Assembly (NCBI GenBank): GCA_965652075.1
Contig: CBFGTN010000005.1
Location: forward strand, 766 to 64,765
Reading direction: 5' to 3'
DNA from: an uncultured bacterium
GTDB lineage: Bacteria; Chloroflexota; Limnocylindria; QHBO01
DNA length: 64,000 nt
Shown: positions 36,601-44,207 of the stretch, piece by piece
Layout of the letters: every line of letters begins with the position of its first letter
Position numbering within the stretch: position 1 is the first letter of the stretch
The notes under the pieces: generated by a model
Seen by the model: only the letters and a program-made list of their open reading frames with translations
What the model was told of the DNA's origin: nothing
Databases searched by the model: none
Program-made: the position numbers and the translations under genes

Positions 36601-36622
36601 CGTGCCCGGGTCGTGCCCGGGT
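36601..36622. repeat. Perfect tandem 11-mer (CGTGCCCGGGT x2), each unit containing the CCCGGG palindrome
   Basis: Read directly: cgtgcccgggt cgtgcccgggt at 36601-36611 and 36612-36622. It sits in the 71-bp gap between the S8 peptidase stop and the acetyltransferase start. Confidence 0.9.
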
Positions 36623-36634
36623 GGGTCGCGAGGG

Positions 36635-37138
36635 TCAGTCGCCGAGCGCCCGGTACATGATCGCGGCCAGCTCGCCGCGTCGCACGTACTGGCCCGGGCA
36701 GAAGCTCGTCCCGCCGCAGCCGGCCATCAGGCCGGCGGCCGCCGCACGGTTGACGGCGTCCTCGTAGGACCTGCCGTCGTCGTCCGTGAAGAAGTCGTCG
36801 TTCGTCGCGGGCAGGGCGAACGCGCGCACGAGGACCGTGGCCATCTCGCTGCGCCGCACCGCGTCGTGCGGGCAGAACATCGCCGTCGCGCACTTCGTCA
36901 TCAGCCCGGCCATCGCCACGCGATTGATCGACGCCTCGTGGCGCAGCCCGTCGTCATCGGTGAAGCGGTTCCGGTCGGTCGGGGGGAGGTCGAGCGCGCG
37001 GTCGAGCGCCACGGCCGTCACCATCCGGTTCGCGCGGGCGCTCGGGCAGAACCGCTCGGAGCCACAGCCCGGGAGGATGTGGCGGACGGCGATCCACTGG
37101 ATCTCCGCGGCGTAGGTCGTGCCCTGGATGTCCCTGAA
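36635..37138 (-). repeat. Triple SLH-like anchor module (divergent copy) at the C-terminus of the S8 peptidase
   Basis: Three units of about 57 aa: FRDIQGTTYAAEIQWIAVRHILPGCGSERFCPSA..., FTDDDGLRHEASINRVAMAGLMTKCATAMFCPHDAVRRSE..., FTDDDGRSYEDAVNRAAAAGLMAGCGGTSFCPGQYVRRGE... Confidence 0.8.
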
Positions 37139-39205
37139 CGCATAGTTACTGGTCGTGAACGTCGCGCGCGTCGGCGCGAGCGAGTTCCCGGCACGGTCCG
37201 TGATCGCCGCGGCGAGCTCGACGCGATACTCGCGGTGGCCGCCAAGCCGCGCGGCCGGCACCAGGCGCACGCGACGGCTCGCCGCGTCGTACGAGACCGA
37301 CGCGGGGACGAGCGTGTTCGAAGCGACGTCGCGCAGCCGCACGGTCGCGCTCGACACGTTCCGCACAGCCTCGTTGAACGTCGCGACCGCCGGCGTCCAC
37401 TGGGTCACCTCGGTGGCCGCGTCCGCGGGCGCCTGGATCGTGGCGACGGGCGCGACGGTGTCGACGAACGTCGGCGTCACGGTGTACGGGGCTCGGTTGC
37501 CGTTCGCGTAGTAGTTGATCACGCGGATGTAGACGACGGTGCCCTGCCCGACCGGGTACTGCGCGAGCTCGACGCCGGACTCCCACTCACGGTCGACGTG
37601 TCTGACGAGCGTGCCCGCCTTGTCGTACAGCTCGACGATCGGATCGACCGGGAGATTGCTCCGGTTCCACGGGTACGCGCGCGAGTCGACGACGCCGGTG
37701 ACCCGGACGTCGATCCGGCCGGCCCGCGGCACGTGCACGCTGAACCAGTCGACGTCGCCCGCGGGGTAGATCGTCGCCTCGGTCGAGCGGCCGGTCGCGA
37801 TCCGCACGGCGGTGGCCAGCGAGTTGTTGCGCTCGAGCGCGTCGCGCGGCCCACGCGACGGCTGCGCAACCGACGCCCCGACGGCCCGGAACGCGTTGAC
37901 GCGGCCGATCCCGTAGCGGTCGTCCCTTCCCGCGTATCCGAGGTCGTCGACCGTGCCGAGCAGGCGGCTGACGATCTGTGCGGGGGTCTTCGTCGGGTAG
38001 CGCGCCATGAGCAGGGCGACGACACCGGCGACGTTCGGCGTCGCGAAGCTCGTGCCGCTGATGTAGGTGTGGGAGCCCCAGTCCTCGTGCATGCAGGCCG
38101 CTGCGGTGCAGTTCGTGGTCAGGACGGACGATCCCGGCGCGCTGACGTCGACCTTCGGGCCGAAGCTCGACCAGTGGCTGAACTCGTCCTCGACCTGGGT
38201 CGCGCTGACGCTGACGACGTGGTCGTAGCTGGCCGGGTAGAAGTTCTCGTATCGGCCGTTGTTGCCGGCGGCGCCGACGAGGACCGCGCCCTTGTTCCAG
38301 GCGTTGTTCACCGCGTCCTGGATGACCTGTGAGTACGGGAAGCCGCCGACGCTCATGTTGATGACGTCCGCGCCGCGGTTCGCCGCATAGGTGATGCCTG
38401 CCGCCAGGTCCGCGGTGCTGCCGGTGCCACTCGCGTTCATGATCTTCACGGGCAGGATCCGGTCGTTCCAGCTGATGCCGGCGATCCCGTAGCCGTCGTT
38501 CGCGTTCGCCGCGATGATGCCGGCGACCCACGTGCCGTGGCCGTTGTCGTCCGAGGCGCCCGCGTCGTCGTTCACGAAGTCGTATCCCTTCGCGACGCGG
38601 TCGCGCAGGTCCGGGTGGCCGGCCTGCACCCCGGTGTCGAGGACGGCGACGAGGTTCGAGCCGCCCTTCGTCCGTTCCCACGCGTCGCGCACGCGCATCT
38701 GGTCGAGCGAGTACTGGCCGCTGGTCTGTGGGTCGCTCACCGCCACGCCGCCCATGACGGCGCCCTGGCCGGTTGGAGCCGCCGGAACGCCGCCGGCGAC
38801 CTCGAAGTCCGGCAGCGAGAAGAGGAAGTTCGGCTCGGCGTAGGCGACCGCCGGGTCGGCCTCGAGCTCCTTGATCACCGCAGTGACCGAGCGCCCGCGC
38901 GTCGACAACACCGACGCCGAGCGTGCCTGCCCGTGGACCTCGATCTGGGCGACTCGGGCCAGCCCTCTCGCGCGCCAGACGCTCTGAGCTCGGCTCGGGT
39001 CGCGCCAGCCGACGACCACCTCGCCCGGGACGACCTCGCCCGACGCCGCCTCCCCGGCAGCCGCGTCGGCAGCGCGCGACGCTCCGCCCGCAGCTGCGGC
39101 TGGCGTCACCACGACGAGGACGAGCAGGACGGCGAGGGCGGAGGCGACGGCTCGCGACACGATATGGGCGCTCCAGTGTGGTTCGGTTCGGCCTGGAGCC
39201 CCCAT
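36635..39205 (-). CDS. Secreted subtilisin-like S8 peptidase with PPC-like and Ig-like domains and a C-terminal triple SLH-like anchor
   Basis: Catalytic blocks VAVLDTGV (D), HGTWVAGIIAA (H) and SGTSFATPNVAGV (S). An inhibitor-I9-like propeptide is present (TAVIKELEADPAVAYAEPN). The anchor repeats lie at 36635-37138. Start is ATG 39205, or GTG near 39163 just before the signal peptide VSRAVASALAVLLVLVVV. Confidence 0.85.
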   Translation of the reverse strand: MGAPGRTEPHWSAHIVSRAVASALAVLLVLVVVTPAAAAGGASRAADAAAGEAASGEVVPGEVVVGWRDPSRAQSVWRARGLARVAQIEVHGQARSASVLSTRGRSVTAVIKELEADPAVAYAEPNFLFSLPDFEVAGGVPAAPTGQGAVMGGVAVSDPQTSGQYSLDQMRVRDAWERTKGGSNLVAVLDTGVQAGHPDLRDRVAKGYDFVNDDAGASDDNGHGTWVAGIIAANANDGYGIAGISWNDRILPVKIMNASGTGSTADLAAGITYAANRGADVINMSVGGFPYSQVIQDAVNNAWNKGAVLVGAAGNNGRYENFYPASYDHVVSVSATQVEDEFSHWSSFGPKVDVSAPGSSVLTTNCTAAACMHEDWGSHTYISGTSFATPNVAGVVALLMARYPTKTPAQIVSRLLGTVDDLGYAGRDDRYGIGRVNAFRAVGASVAQPSRGPRDALERNNSLATAVRIATGRSTEATIYPAGDVDWFSVHVPRAGRIDVRVTGVVDSRAYPWNRSNLPVDPIVELYDKAGTLVRHVDREWESGVELAQYPVGQGTVVYIRVINYYANGNRAPYTVTPTFVDTVAPVATIQAPADAATEVTQWTPAVATFNEAVRNVSSATVRLRDVASNTLVPASVSYDAASRRVRLVPAARLGGHREYRVELAAAITDRAGNSLAPTRATFTTSNYAFRDIQGTTYAAEIQWIAVRHILPGCGSERFCPSARANRMVTAVALDRALDLPPTDRNRFTDDDGLRHEASINRVAMAGLMTKCATAMFCPHDAVRRSEMATVLVRAFALPATNDDFFTDDDGRSYEDAVNRAAAAGLMAGCGGTSFCPGQYVRRGELAAIMYRALGD

Positions 39206-39306
39206 GCGCGGAACCCGTGGAAACCCCTCGGCCTCACCAACCCTAGGCAGCGTGCGAGCGCGGAACGACCTGACGATGTACCCCCCGCGAGTCCCGGACC
39301 GATGGG

Positions 39307-39900
39307 CTAGTGCTCGGCAAGCAGCTCGCGGAGCCGCGGCAGGGCAGCCGCGACGGCGCGTCCGCGATGGCTGATCCGATCCTTGTCCGGGTCCGGGAGC
39401 TCGGCGGTCGTCTGGCCGTCGACGAGGAACACCGGGTCGTAGCCGAATCCCCCGGCCCCGCGGCGAGCGGGCGCGACGCTGCCCTCCATGACGCCGCCGA
39501 ACGTCTCGATCTCGGGGTCGCCATGGGAACGAGGGATCGCCACGGCGAGCGCGCACACCATTCGCGCGCGGCGATCGTCGGCGCCCGCGAGCGCCTCCAG
39601 CATGCGGTCGGCCTCCCGGCCCTTCTCCCCGGCCCAGCGGGCGCTCCGGACGCCCGGCCCCCAGCCGAGCGCGGCAACCTCGATCCCGGAGTCGTCGGCG
39701 ACGCTGACCATGCCGGACGCCCTGGCATAGGCCGCCGCCTTGGCCGCCGCGTTCTCGACGTACGTGTCGTGCGGTTCGTCGACCTCCAGGTCGAGCCCGA
39801 TGCCGTCAGGCGTGACGATCTCCGCGCCGAGCGGGCTCAGCAGGCGTCGGAACTCGTTCTGCTTCCCGGCGTTCGTCGTCGCGACCAGCAGCGGCCTCAC
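39307..39900 (-). CDS. rdgB: Non-canonical purine NTP pyrophosphatase (RdgB/HAM1)
   Basis: 197 aa. [18 protein letters not shown]...[23 protein letters not shown]...GFGYDPVF...RISHRGRA. Confidence 0.9.
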   Translation of the reverse strand: MRPLLVATTNAGKQNEFRRLLSPLGAEIVTPDGIGLDLEVDEPHDTYVENAAAKAAAYARASGMVSVADDSGIEVAALGWGPGVRSARWAGEKGREADRMLEALAGADDRRARMVCALAVAIPRSHGDPEIETFGGVMEGSVAPARRGAGGFGYDPVFLVDGQTTAELPDPDKDRISHRGRAVAAALPRLRELLAEH

Positions 39901-40640
39901 TCGGACGCGGTGGCCTCGATCGCCGTGCGCTGGAGGGCGAAGAGCTGGCGGATCCCCGCGACCGCCAGGTCGACCATCTGGTCCATCTGCTGGCGCGAGA
40001 AGGCGCCGTGCTCGGCCGTGCCCTGCACCTCGATCAGCCGGTCGTCGTCGGTCATCACGACGTTGAAGTCGACCTCCGCGGTCGAGTCCTCGCCGTAGTC
40101 GAGGTCCAGGTGCGCCACGCCGCCGACGAGCCCGACGCTGACGGCCGCGACCTGCCCGCTGAGCAGGTGACTCATGCCGAAGCGGTTGAGGGCCCGGGCG
40201 AGGGCGACGTACGCGCCGGTGATGCTGGCCGTCCGCGTCCCGCCATCGGCCTGAATCACGTCGCAGTCGAGGGTGATCGTCCGCTCACCGAGCCGCTGCA
40301 TGTCCACGACGCCGCGCAGGCTGCGCCCGATCAGGCGCTGGATCTCGTGGGTGCGGCCGCCGATCGCGCCTCGAGCGGCCTCGCGCTGGCTCCGCTCCGT
40401 CCCGGCGCGCGGGAGCATGCTGTACTCGGCCGTGACCCAGCCCCGGCCCTTGCCGCGCATCCAGCCGGGGACGCGGTCCTCGATCGTGGCGGCGCAGATC
40501 ACGCGGGTGTCGCCGACGCGGATGAGGACCGATCCCTCGGCGAACTTCAGGTAGTCCGGGACGATCTTCACCGGGCGGAGCTGGTTCGGCACGCGCCCAT
40601 CGGTGCGTCGGCCGGCGGCGGCTGGAGGGCTGGTCGTCAT
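39897..40640 (-). CDS. rph: Ribonuclease PH
   Basis: 247 aa. [15 protein letters not shown]...[19 protein letters not shown]...[21 protein letters not shown]...[22 protein letters not shown]. Confidence 0.95.
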   Translation of the reverse strand: MTTSPPAAAGRRTDGRVPNQLRPVKIVPDYLKFAEGSVLIRVGDTRVICAATIEDRVPGWMRGKGRGWVTAEYSMLPRAGTERSQREAARGAIGGRTHEIQRLIGRSLRGVVDMQRLGERTITLDCDVIQADGGTRTASITGAYVALARALNRFGMSHLLSGQVAAVSVGLVGGVAHLDLDYGEDSTAEVDFNVVMTDDDRLIEVQGTAEHGAFSRQQMDQMVDLAVAGIRQLFALQRTAIEATASE

Positions 40641-40641
40641 T

Positions 40642-40663
40642 GGCTGCCGATTCTACGGCAGCC
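40642..40663 (-). promoter_or_regulatory. Hairpin GGCTGCCG-TAGAAT-CGGCAGCC immediately upstream of the rph ATG
   Basis: Perfect 8-bp inverted repeat whose 6-nt loop is a consensus-like -10 hexamer (TAGAAT). The stem ends 1 nt before the rph start codon at 40640. Confidence 0.35.
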
Positions 40664-40681
40664 GCCGGTGGAGGCCGTCCC

Positions 40682-41182
40682 TCAGTCGAACGCCCGCCGC
40701 AGGAAGACGGTGGCGTGGCCGCGGCGGACGCCGCGATCCGGGCAGAACGACCGGTCTCCGCAACCGCCGGCGATGCCCGCGGCGGCGATCCGGTTGATGT
40801 TCCCCTCGTGCGGGCTGTCGCCGTCATCGCGGAAGTAGTCCACGCGGGACTTCGGCAGCCGGAGTGCGGTCGCCAGCGCGGTGGCCAGGGCCCCGCGTCG
40901 GACGGCCTGCGACGGGCAGTAGTTGCCTCCCCCGCACCCGCGGGCCAGGCCGGCGGCCGCCAGGCGGTTGATCCCGTCCTCGAACCGGCTGCCGCCGTCA
41001 TCGGCGAAGAAGTCGCCATCCGTAGCGGGGAGGTGGAGGCCGTCGGCCAGTGCCTGCGCCAGCGCGCCACGCGTCAGGTCGCCGCGCGGGCAGAACCTGG
41101 TCGCGCGGCAGCCGTCCATGATTCCCTGCCGGTACACCCACGCGACGCTCGCCTCCCACTCCGTGCCGGCGACGTCGGTGAA
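40682..41182 (-). repeat. Triple SLH-like anchor module, copy in the CAP protein
   Basis: FTDVAGTEWEASVAWVYRQGIMDGCRATRFCPRGDLTRGA / FADDGGSRFEDGINRLAAAGLARGCGGGNYCPSQAVRRGA / FRDDGDSPHEGNINRIAAAGIAGGCGDRSFCPDRGVRRGH...AFD*. Confidence 0.85.
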
Positions 41183-41698
41183 GGGCGTGTCCGACGTCCT
41201 CGACGGGTCGGCGCCGCACAGCCTGACGAAGACCATCGCGGCGTAGTGGTAGCCGTCGCTCGCGGTCGTCCAGCTGCCGCCGGCGTGCGTGTAGCCCTCG
41301 CCGAGCATGATCTCGCGGTGCGGGTCGGAGTTGTACCACTGGTACACGAAGCGAGCGACGCGCTCGGACTCGGGCCGGCCGTTATAGGCGATGATCTCGC
41401 CCATCTGCTGCCAGCACACGCCGTTCGCCGCGAGGCGGTCGGCGACGTAGTCGAGGTCGTGGCTGAGCGTGCGGCGATCCGCGAGCTGGTTCGCGCGGCT
41501 GACCGCGATGCGCTGGACGACGTCATGCAACCGCACCGCCGGCACGCCGGCGTCGGCCCGGTGCTCGTTCACGAGGTCGACGAACGTCTGGCCATCCCGG
41601 GCCAGCACCGGCCGGGCCGAGAACGGCACTGCCGCGGCTGCGAGGACGAGCGATGCCAGCGTGGCAGCGGCGAATGAGCGGGCGAGTCGAGGGCGCAA
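40682..41698 (-). CDS. Secreted CAP/SCP/PR-1-like domain protein with a C-terminal triple SLH-like anchor
   Basis: CAP-like block FVDLVNEHRADAGVPAVRLHDVVQRIAVSRANQLA...YQWYNSDPHREIMLGEGYTHAGG. I favour TTG 41698 (signal peptide MRPRLARSFAAATLASLVLAAAAVP, GGAG upstream). The longest ORF starts at 41752. Confidence 0.75.
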   Translation of the reverse strand: MRPRLARSFAAATLASLVLAAAAVPFSARPVLARDGQTFVDLVNEHRADAGVPAVRLHDVVQRIAVSRANQLADRRTLSHDLDYVADRLAANGVCWQQMGEIIAYNGRPESERVARFVYQWYNSDPHREIMLGEGYTHAGGSWTTASDGYHYAAMVFVRLCGADPSRTSDTPFTDVAGTEWEASVAWVYRQGIMDGCRATRFCPRGDLTRGALAQALADGLHLPATDGDFFADDGGSRFEDGINRLAAAGLARGCGGGNYCPSQAVRRGALATALATALRLPKSRVDYFRDDGDSPHEGNINRIAAAGIAGGCGDRSFCPDRGVRRGHATVFLRRAFD

Positions 41699-41821
41699 GA
41701 GGGGGCACTCCGAGTGACGCGTGGATTCGCGATGAAACCTACGGACCCGCATGGCCGGTGGCGATGGCCCAAATGGTCCACGGCCGCGCCCCTCGATCGG
41801 TTGAGCGCGCCGTAGTACCGA

Positions 41822-42325
41822 TCAGTCGAAGGCGTTCCGCAGGAAGACGGCGGCGTGGCCGCGGCTGACCCGCCCGTTCGGACAGTACCGGCCGCCACCG
41901 CACCCGCTCGCGATGCCGGCCGCGGCGATGCGGTTGATGGCGTCCTCGTGCGGGCTGGCATTGTCGTCGCTGAAGTAGTCGCGGGTGGCGGCCGGCAGCT
42001 CCAGCGCGGTCGCCAGCGCCAACGCGAGCCCGCCGCGGCGAACGCTCTGAGTCGGGCAGTAGTGGCGGTTCCCGCACCCTCGGGCCAGGCCGGCCGCCGC
42101 CAGGCGGTTGATACCGTCCTCGAATCGGCTGGCGCCGTCGTCGGTGAAGAAGTCGGTGCTCGTGGAGGGCAACCCCAAGCCGTCGGCGAGCGCCTGCGCC
42201 AGTGCGCCGCGCGTCAGGTCGGCCGACGGGCAGAACCTCGTGGCGCTGCAGCCGTCGACCATGACCCCGTGCTGGTAGACCCACGTGATCGCCGCCTCCC
42301 AGCCGCTGCCGGCGACATCGGTGAA
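41822..42325 (-). repeat. Triple SLH-like anchor module, copy in the GH18 protein
   Basis: FTDVAGSGWEAAITWVYQHGVMVDGCSATRFCPSADLTRGA / FTDDGASRFEDGINRLAAAGLARGCGNRHYCPTQSVRRGG / FSDDNASPHEDAINRIAAAGIASGCGGGRYCPNGRVSRGH...AFD*. Confidence 0.85.
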
Positions 42326-43645
42326 CGGCGGCGGCCCGAACTCCTTCGCGATCGTCGTCCACAGCTCGCGGCGCGACCCGTCCATCAGGAGGTGCCAGAT
42401 GCCGACGCCCCGCACGCGGTTCGCCTTGGCGAACTCGTACTTGACCCCGAGCGAGCGAGGATCGTCGTAGTAGCCCTGGACCCAGGTGCCGTAGGTCGAG
42501 CTCTGATAGCGATACCACGGGACCTGCCCGGGGTCGTCCCAGCGTCGCCCATGCGCCGCGGCGGCGCTGCGCGCGTCGACGTACGTCGATGCCCAGCTGG
42601 TCGCCGTGCAGGTGCCGCTGCTGGAGCACGTTCGGCCGTTGAGGTTCGACGTGGTCGTCGTCCACGAGCGACCGTAGTACGGGATGCCCCAGATGAGCTT
42701 CGAGGCCGGCACGAGCGCCAGGTACGCCGCCATCGCGCGGCGGGCGTCGAGGGTGTACGCACTGTTGAGCGGAGCGACGCCGCCGGCGCGCGCCGATCCC
42801 GACCAGTTGAAGTCGTACGCCATGACCATGATCGCGTCGGCACTGCCGGGCGACACCAGGTCCGACTGGTTGGGGTCGGCGTTGTCCGTGAGCTCGTACC
42901 CCTCGTCCCAGCTGGCGGCGCCGCCCGTCGTCGCGACGGTGACGTAGTCGCCCGCGCCCTGCGCCACCAGCTCCTTCTTCACCTTCCGGACGAAGAGCGT
43001 GTAGTCCGACTCGAGGAAGTTCGGCATCGGCTCGAAGTCCAGGTTCACGCCATCCGCGTTTCGGCTGAGCACCGCGCGCGCGATCTGGCGCGCCAGCCGG
43101 TTCCGGTTCGTGCCGTTCGTGAGCAGGTCCCGCATGCGGTTGTAGTTCCCGTCCCAGGCCATCATCGTGACCGTCAGGACGACGCGGACCCGTTGCTGGT
43201 GGGCGGTCGAGATCACCTCGGTCATGGCGGCGGAATGCCACGCGGCATACCCGGCGGTGGACGTGTCGAGCGTCCCGTCCCGGAGCGCGCCAATCGAGAA
43301 GTAGGCGATCGTGGTGACGAGGTCGTAGTCGAGGTACGGCAGGTTGCCCCCGGTCAGCGTCCAATAGGGCAGGTAGCCGAACACCTCGTGGCTGAGGCCG
43401 TTGGGCAGGCCGGCGATCGCGCCGGCGCCCTGGACGCTGGTCCCCCCGCCGGATCCGTCAGCCGGAAGCGCCGTCGGCGTGCCGCCGGGCGCGAACGTGG
43501 TCGCATCCTCCGCATGCTCCTCGAGCATCTCGGCGTGGACCGATGGCGCTTTGGCCGGATCCGCGGCGGCGACCGGCTGAACGCCGCCGACGAGGAGCGC
43601 CGTGACGATGGCGGCAAGGATCAGCCGGCGGGACGCGCGGGACAT
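41822..43645 (-). CDS. Secreted glycoside hydrolase family 18-like protein with a C-terminal triple SLH-like anchor
   Basis: Start MSRASRRLILAAIVTALLVGG (ATG 43645). GH18 core VFGYLPYW...AYFS...ADGVNLDFEPMP, which is DGxNxDxE: the catalytic Glu is kept and the middle Asp is Asn. The upstream extension in the track overlaps the next gene. Confidence 0.8.
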   Translation of the reverse strand: MSRASRRLILAAIVTALLVGGVQPVAAADPAKAPSVHAEMLEEHAEDATTFAPGGTPTALPADGSGGGTSVQGAGAIAGLPNGLSHEVFGYLPYWTLTGGNLPYLDYDLVTTIAYFSIGALRDGTLDTSTAGYAAWHSAAMTEVISTAHQQRVRVVLTVTMMAWDGNYNRMRDLLTNGTNRNRLARQIARAVLSRNADGVNLDFEPMPNFLESDYTLFVRKVKKELVAQGAGDYVTVATTGGAASWDEGYELTDNADPNQSDLVSPGSADAIMVMAYDFNWSGSARAGGVAPLNSAYTLDARRAMAAYLALVPASKLIWGIPYYGRSWTTTTSNLNGRTCSSSGTCTATSWASTYVDARSAAAAHGRRWDDPGQVPWYRYQSSTYGTWVQGYYDDPRSLGVKYEFAKANRVRGVGIWHLLMDGSRRELWTTIAKEFGPPPFTDVAGSGWEAAITWVYQHGVMVDGCSATRFCPSADLTRGALAQALADGLGLPSTSTDFFTDDGASRFEDGINRLAAAGLARGCGNRHYCPTQSVRRGGLALALATALELPAATRDYFSDDNASPHEDAINRIAAAGIASGCGGGRYCPNGRVSRGHAAVFLRNAFD

Positions 43646-43700
43646 GCGCAGGACCGTACCCCGTGTGCGGTTCAGTGCGGGATAGTACGAAAGGTTGAGG

Positions 43701-44207
43701 TCAGTCGAAGGCCTTGCGCAGGAACACCGCGGCCTGCCCGCGACGCACGAGTGACGTCGGGCAGAACTTGCCCCCGCCGCAGCCGGAGGTCGAGATTCCG
43801 GCCTCGGCGATCCGGTTGATGCTGTCTTCGTGCGGGCTGCCGCTGTCGTCGCTGAAGTGATCGGCCTCGGCCGGCGGCAGCTGGAGGGCGGTGGCCAGCG
43901 CGGTGGCGAGGGCGCCGCGGCGCACGGCGCTGTCCGGGCAGTAGTTGCCGCCGCCGCAGCCGCTGGCAAAGCCGGCGGCGGCCAGCCGGTTGATGCCGTC
44001 CTCGTACGGTGAGCCCTCGTCATCGGCATAGAAGTCGCCCGTCGTTGCCGGCAGGCCGAGCCCGTCCGCGAGCGCCTGCGCCAGCGCGCCGCGCGTGATC
44101 GACGCCTTCGGACAGAAGCGCGACTCGGTGCAGCCGTCGACCATGACCCCGTGCTGGTAGACCCACGCGACGTGAGGCTCCCAGCTCGTGCCCTCGACGT
44201 CCTCGAA
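43701..44207 (-). repeat. Triple SLH-like anchor module, copy in the putative clan-CD protein
   Basis: FEDVEGTSWEPHVAWVYQHGVMVDGCTESRFCPKASITRGA / YADDEGSPYEDGINRLAAAGFASGCGGGNYCPDSAVRRGA / FSDDSGSPHEDSINRIAEAGISTSGCGGGKFCPTSLVRRGQ...AFD*. Confidence 0.85.

Noticed and set aside
39206-39556. N-terminal extensions of longest ORFs. Examples are the S8 peptidase to 39556, wecB to 36309, the oxidoreductase to 35264, the 53854-56073, 55326-57776 and 57589-60042 ORFs, and GH18 to 44029.
   Set aside because: The extensions are Arg/Pro-rich and overlap the neighbouring gene. They precede an internal start that has an SD, a 4-nt overlap with the upstream stop, or a proper signal peptide or Rossmann N-terminus.
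43646-43700. A CTG-initiated N-terminal extension of GH18 (MNRTRGTVLR-MSRAS...) to explain the conserved flank.
   Set aside because: There is no SD in front of the CTG. The equivalent codon in the paralogous flank (41753-41821) is CTC, and that flank is not in frame with the CAP gene.
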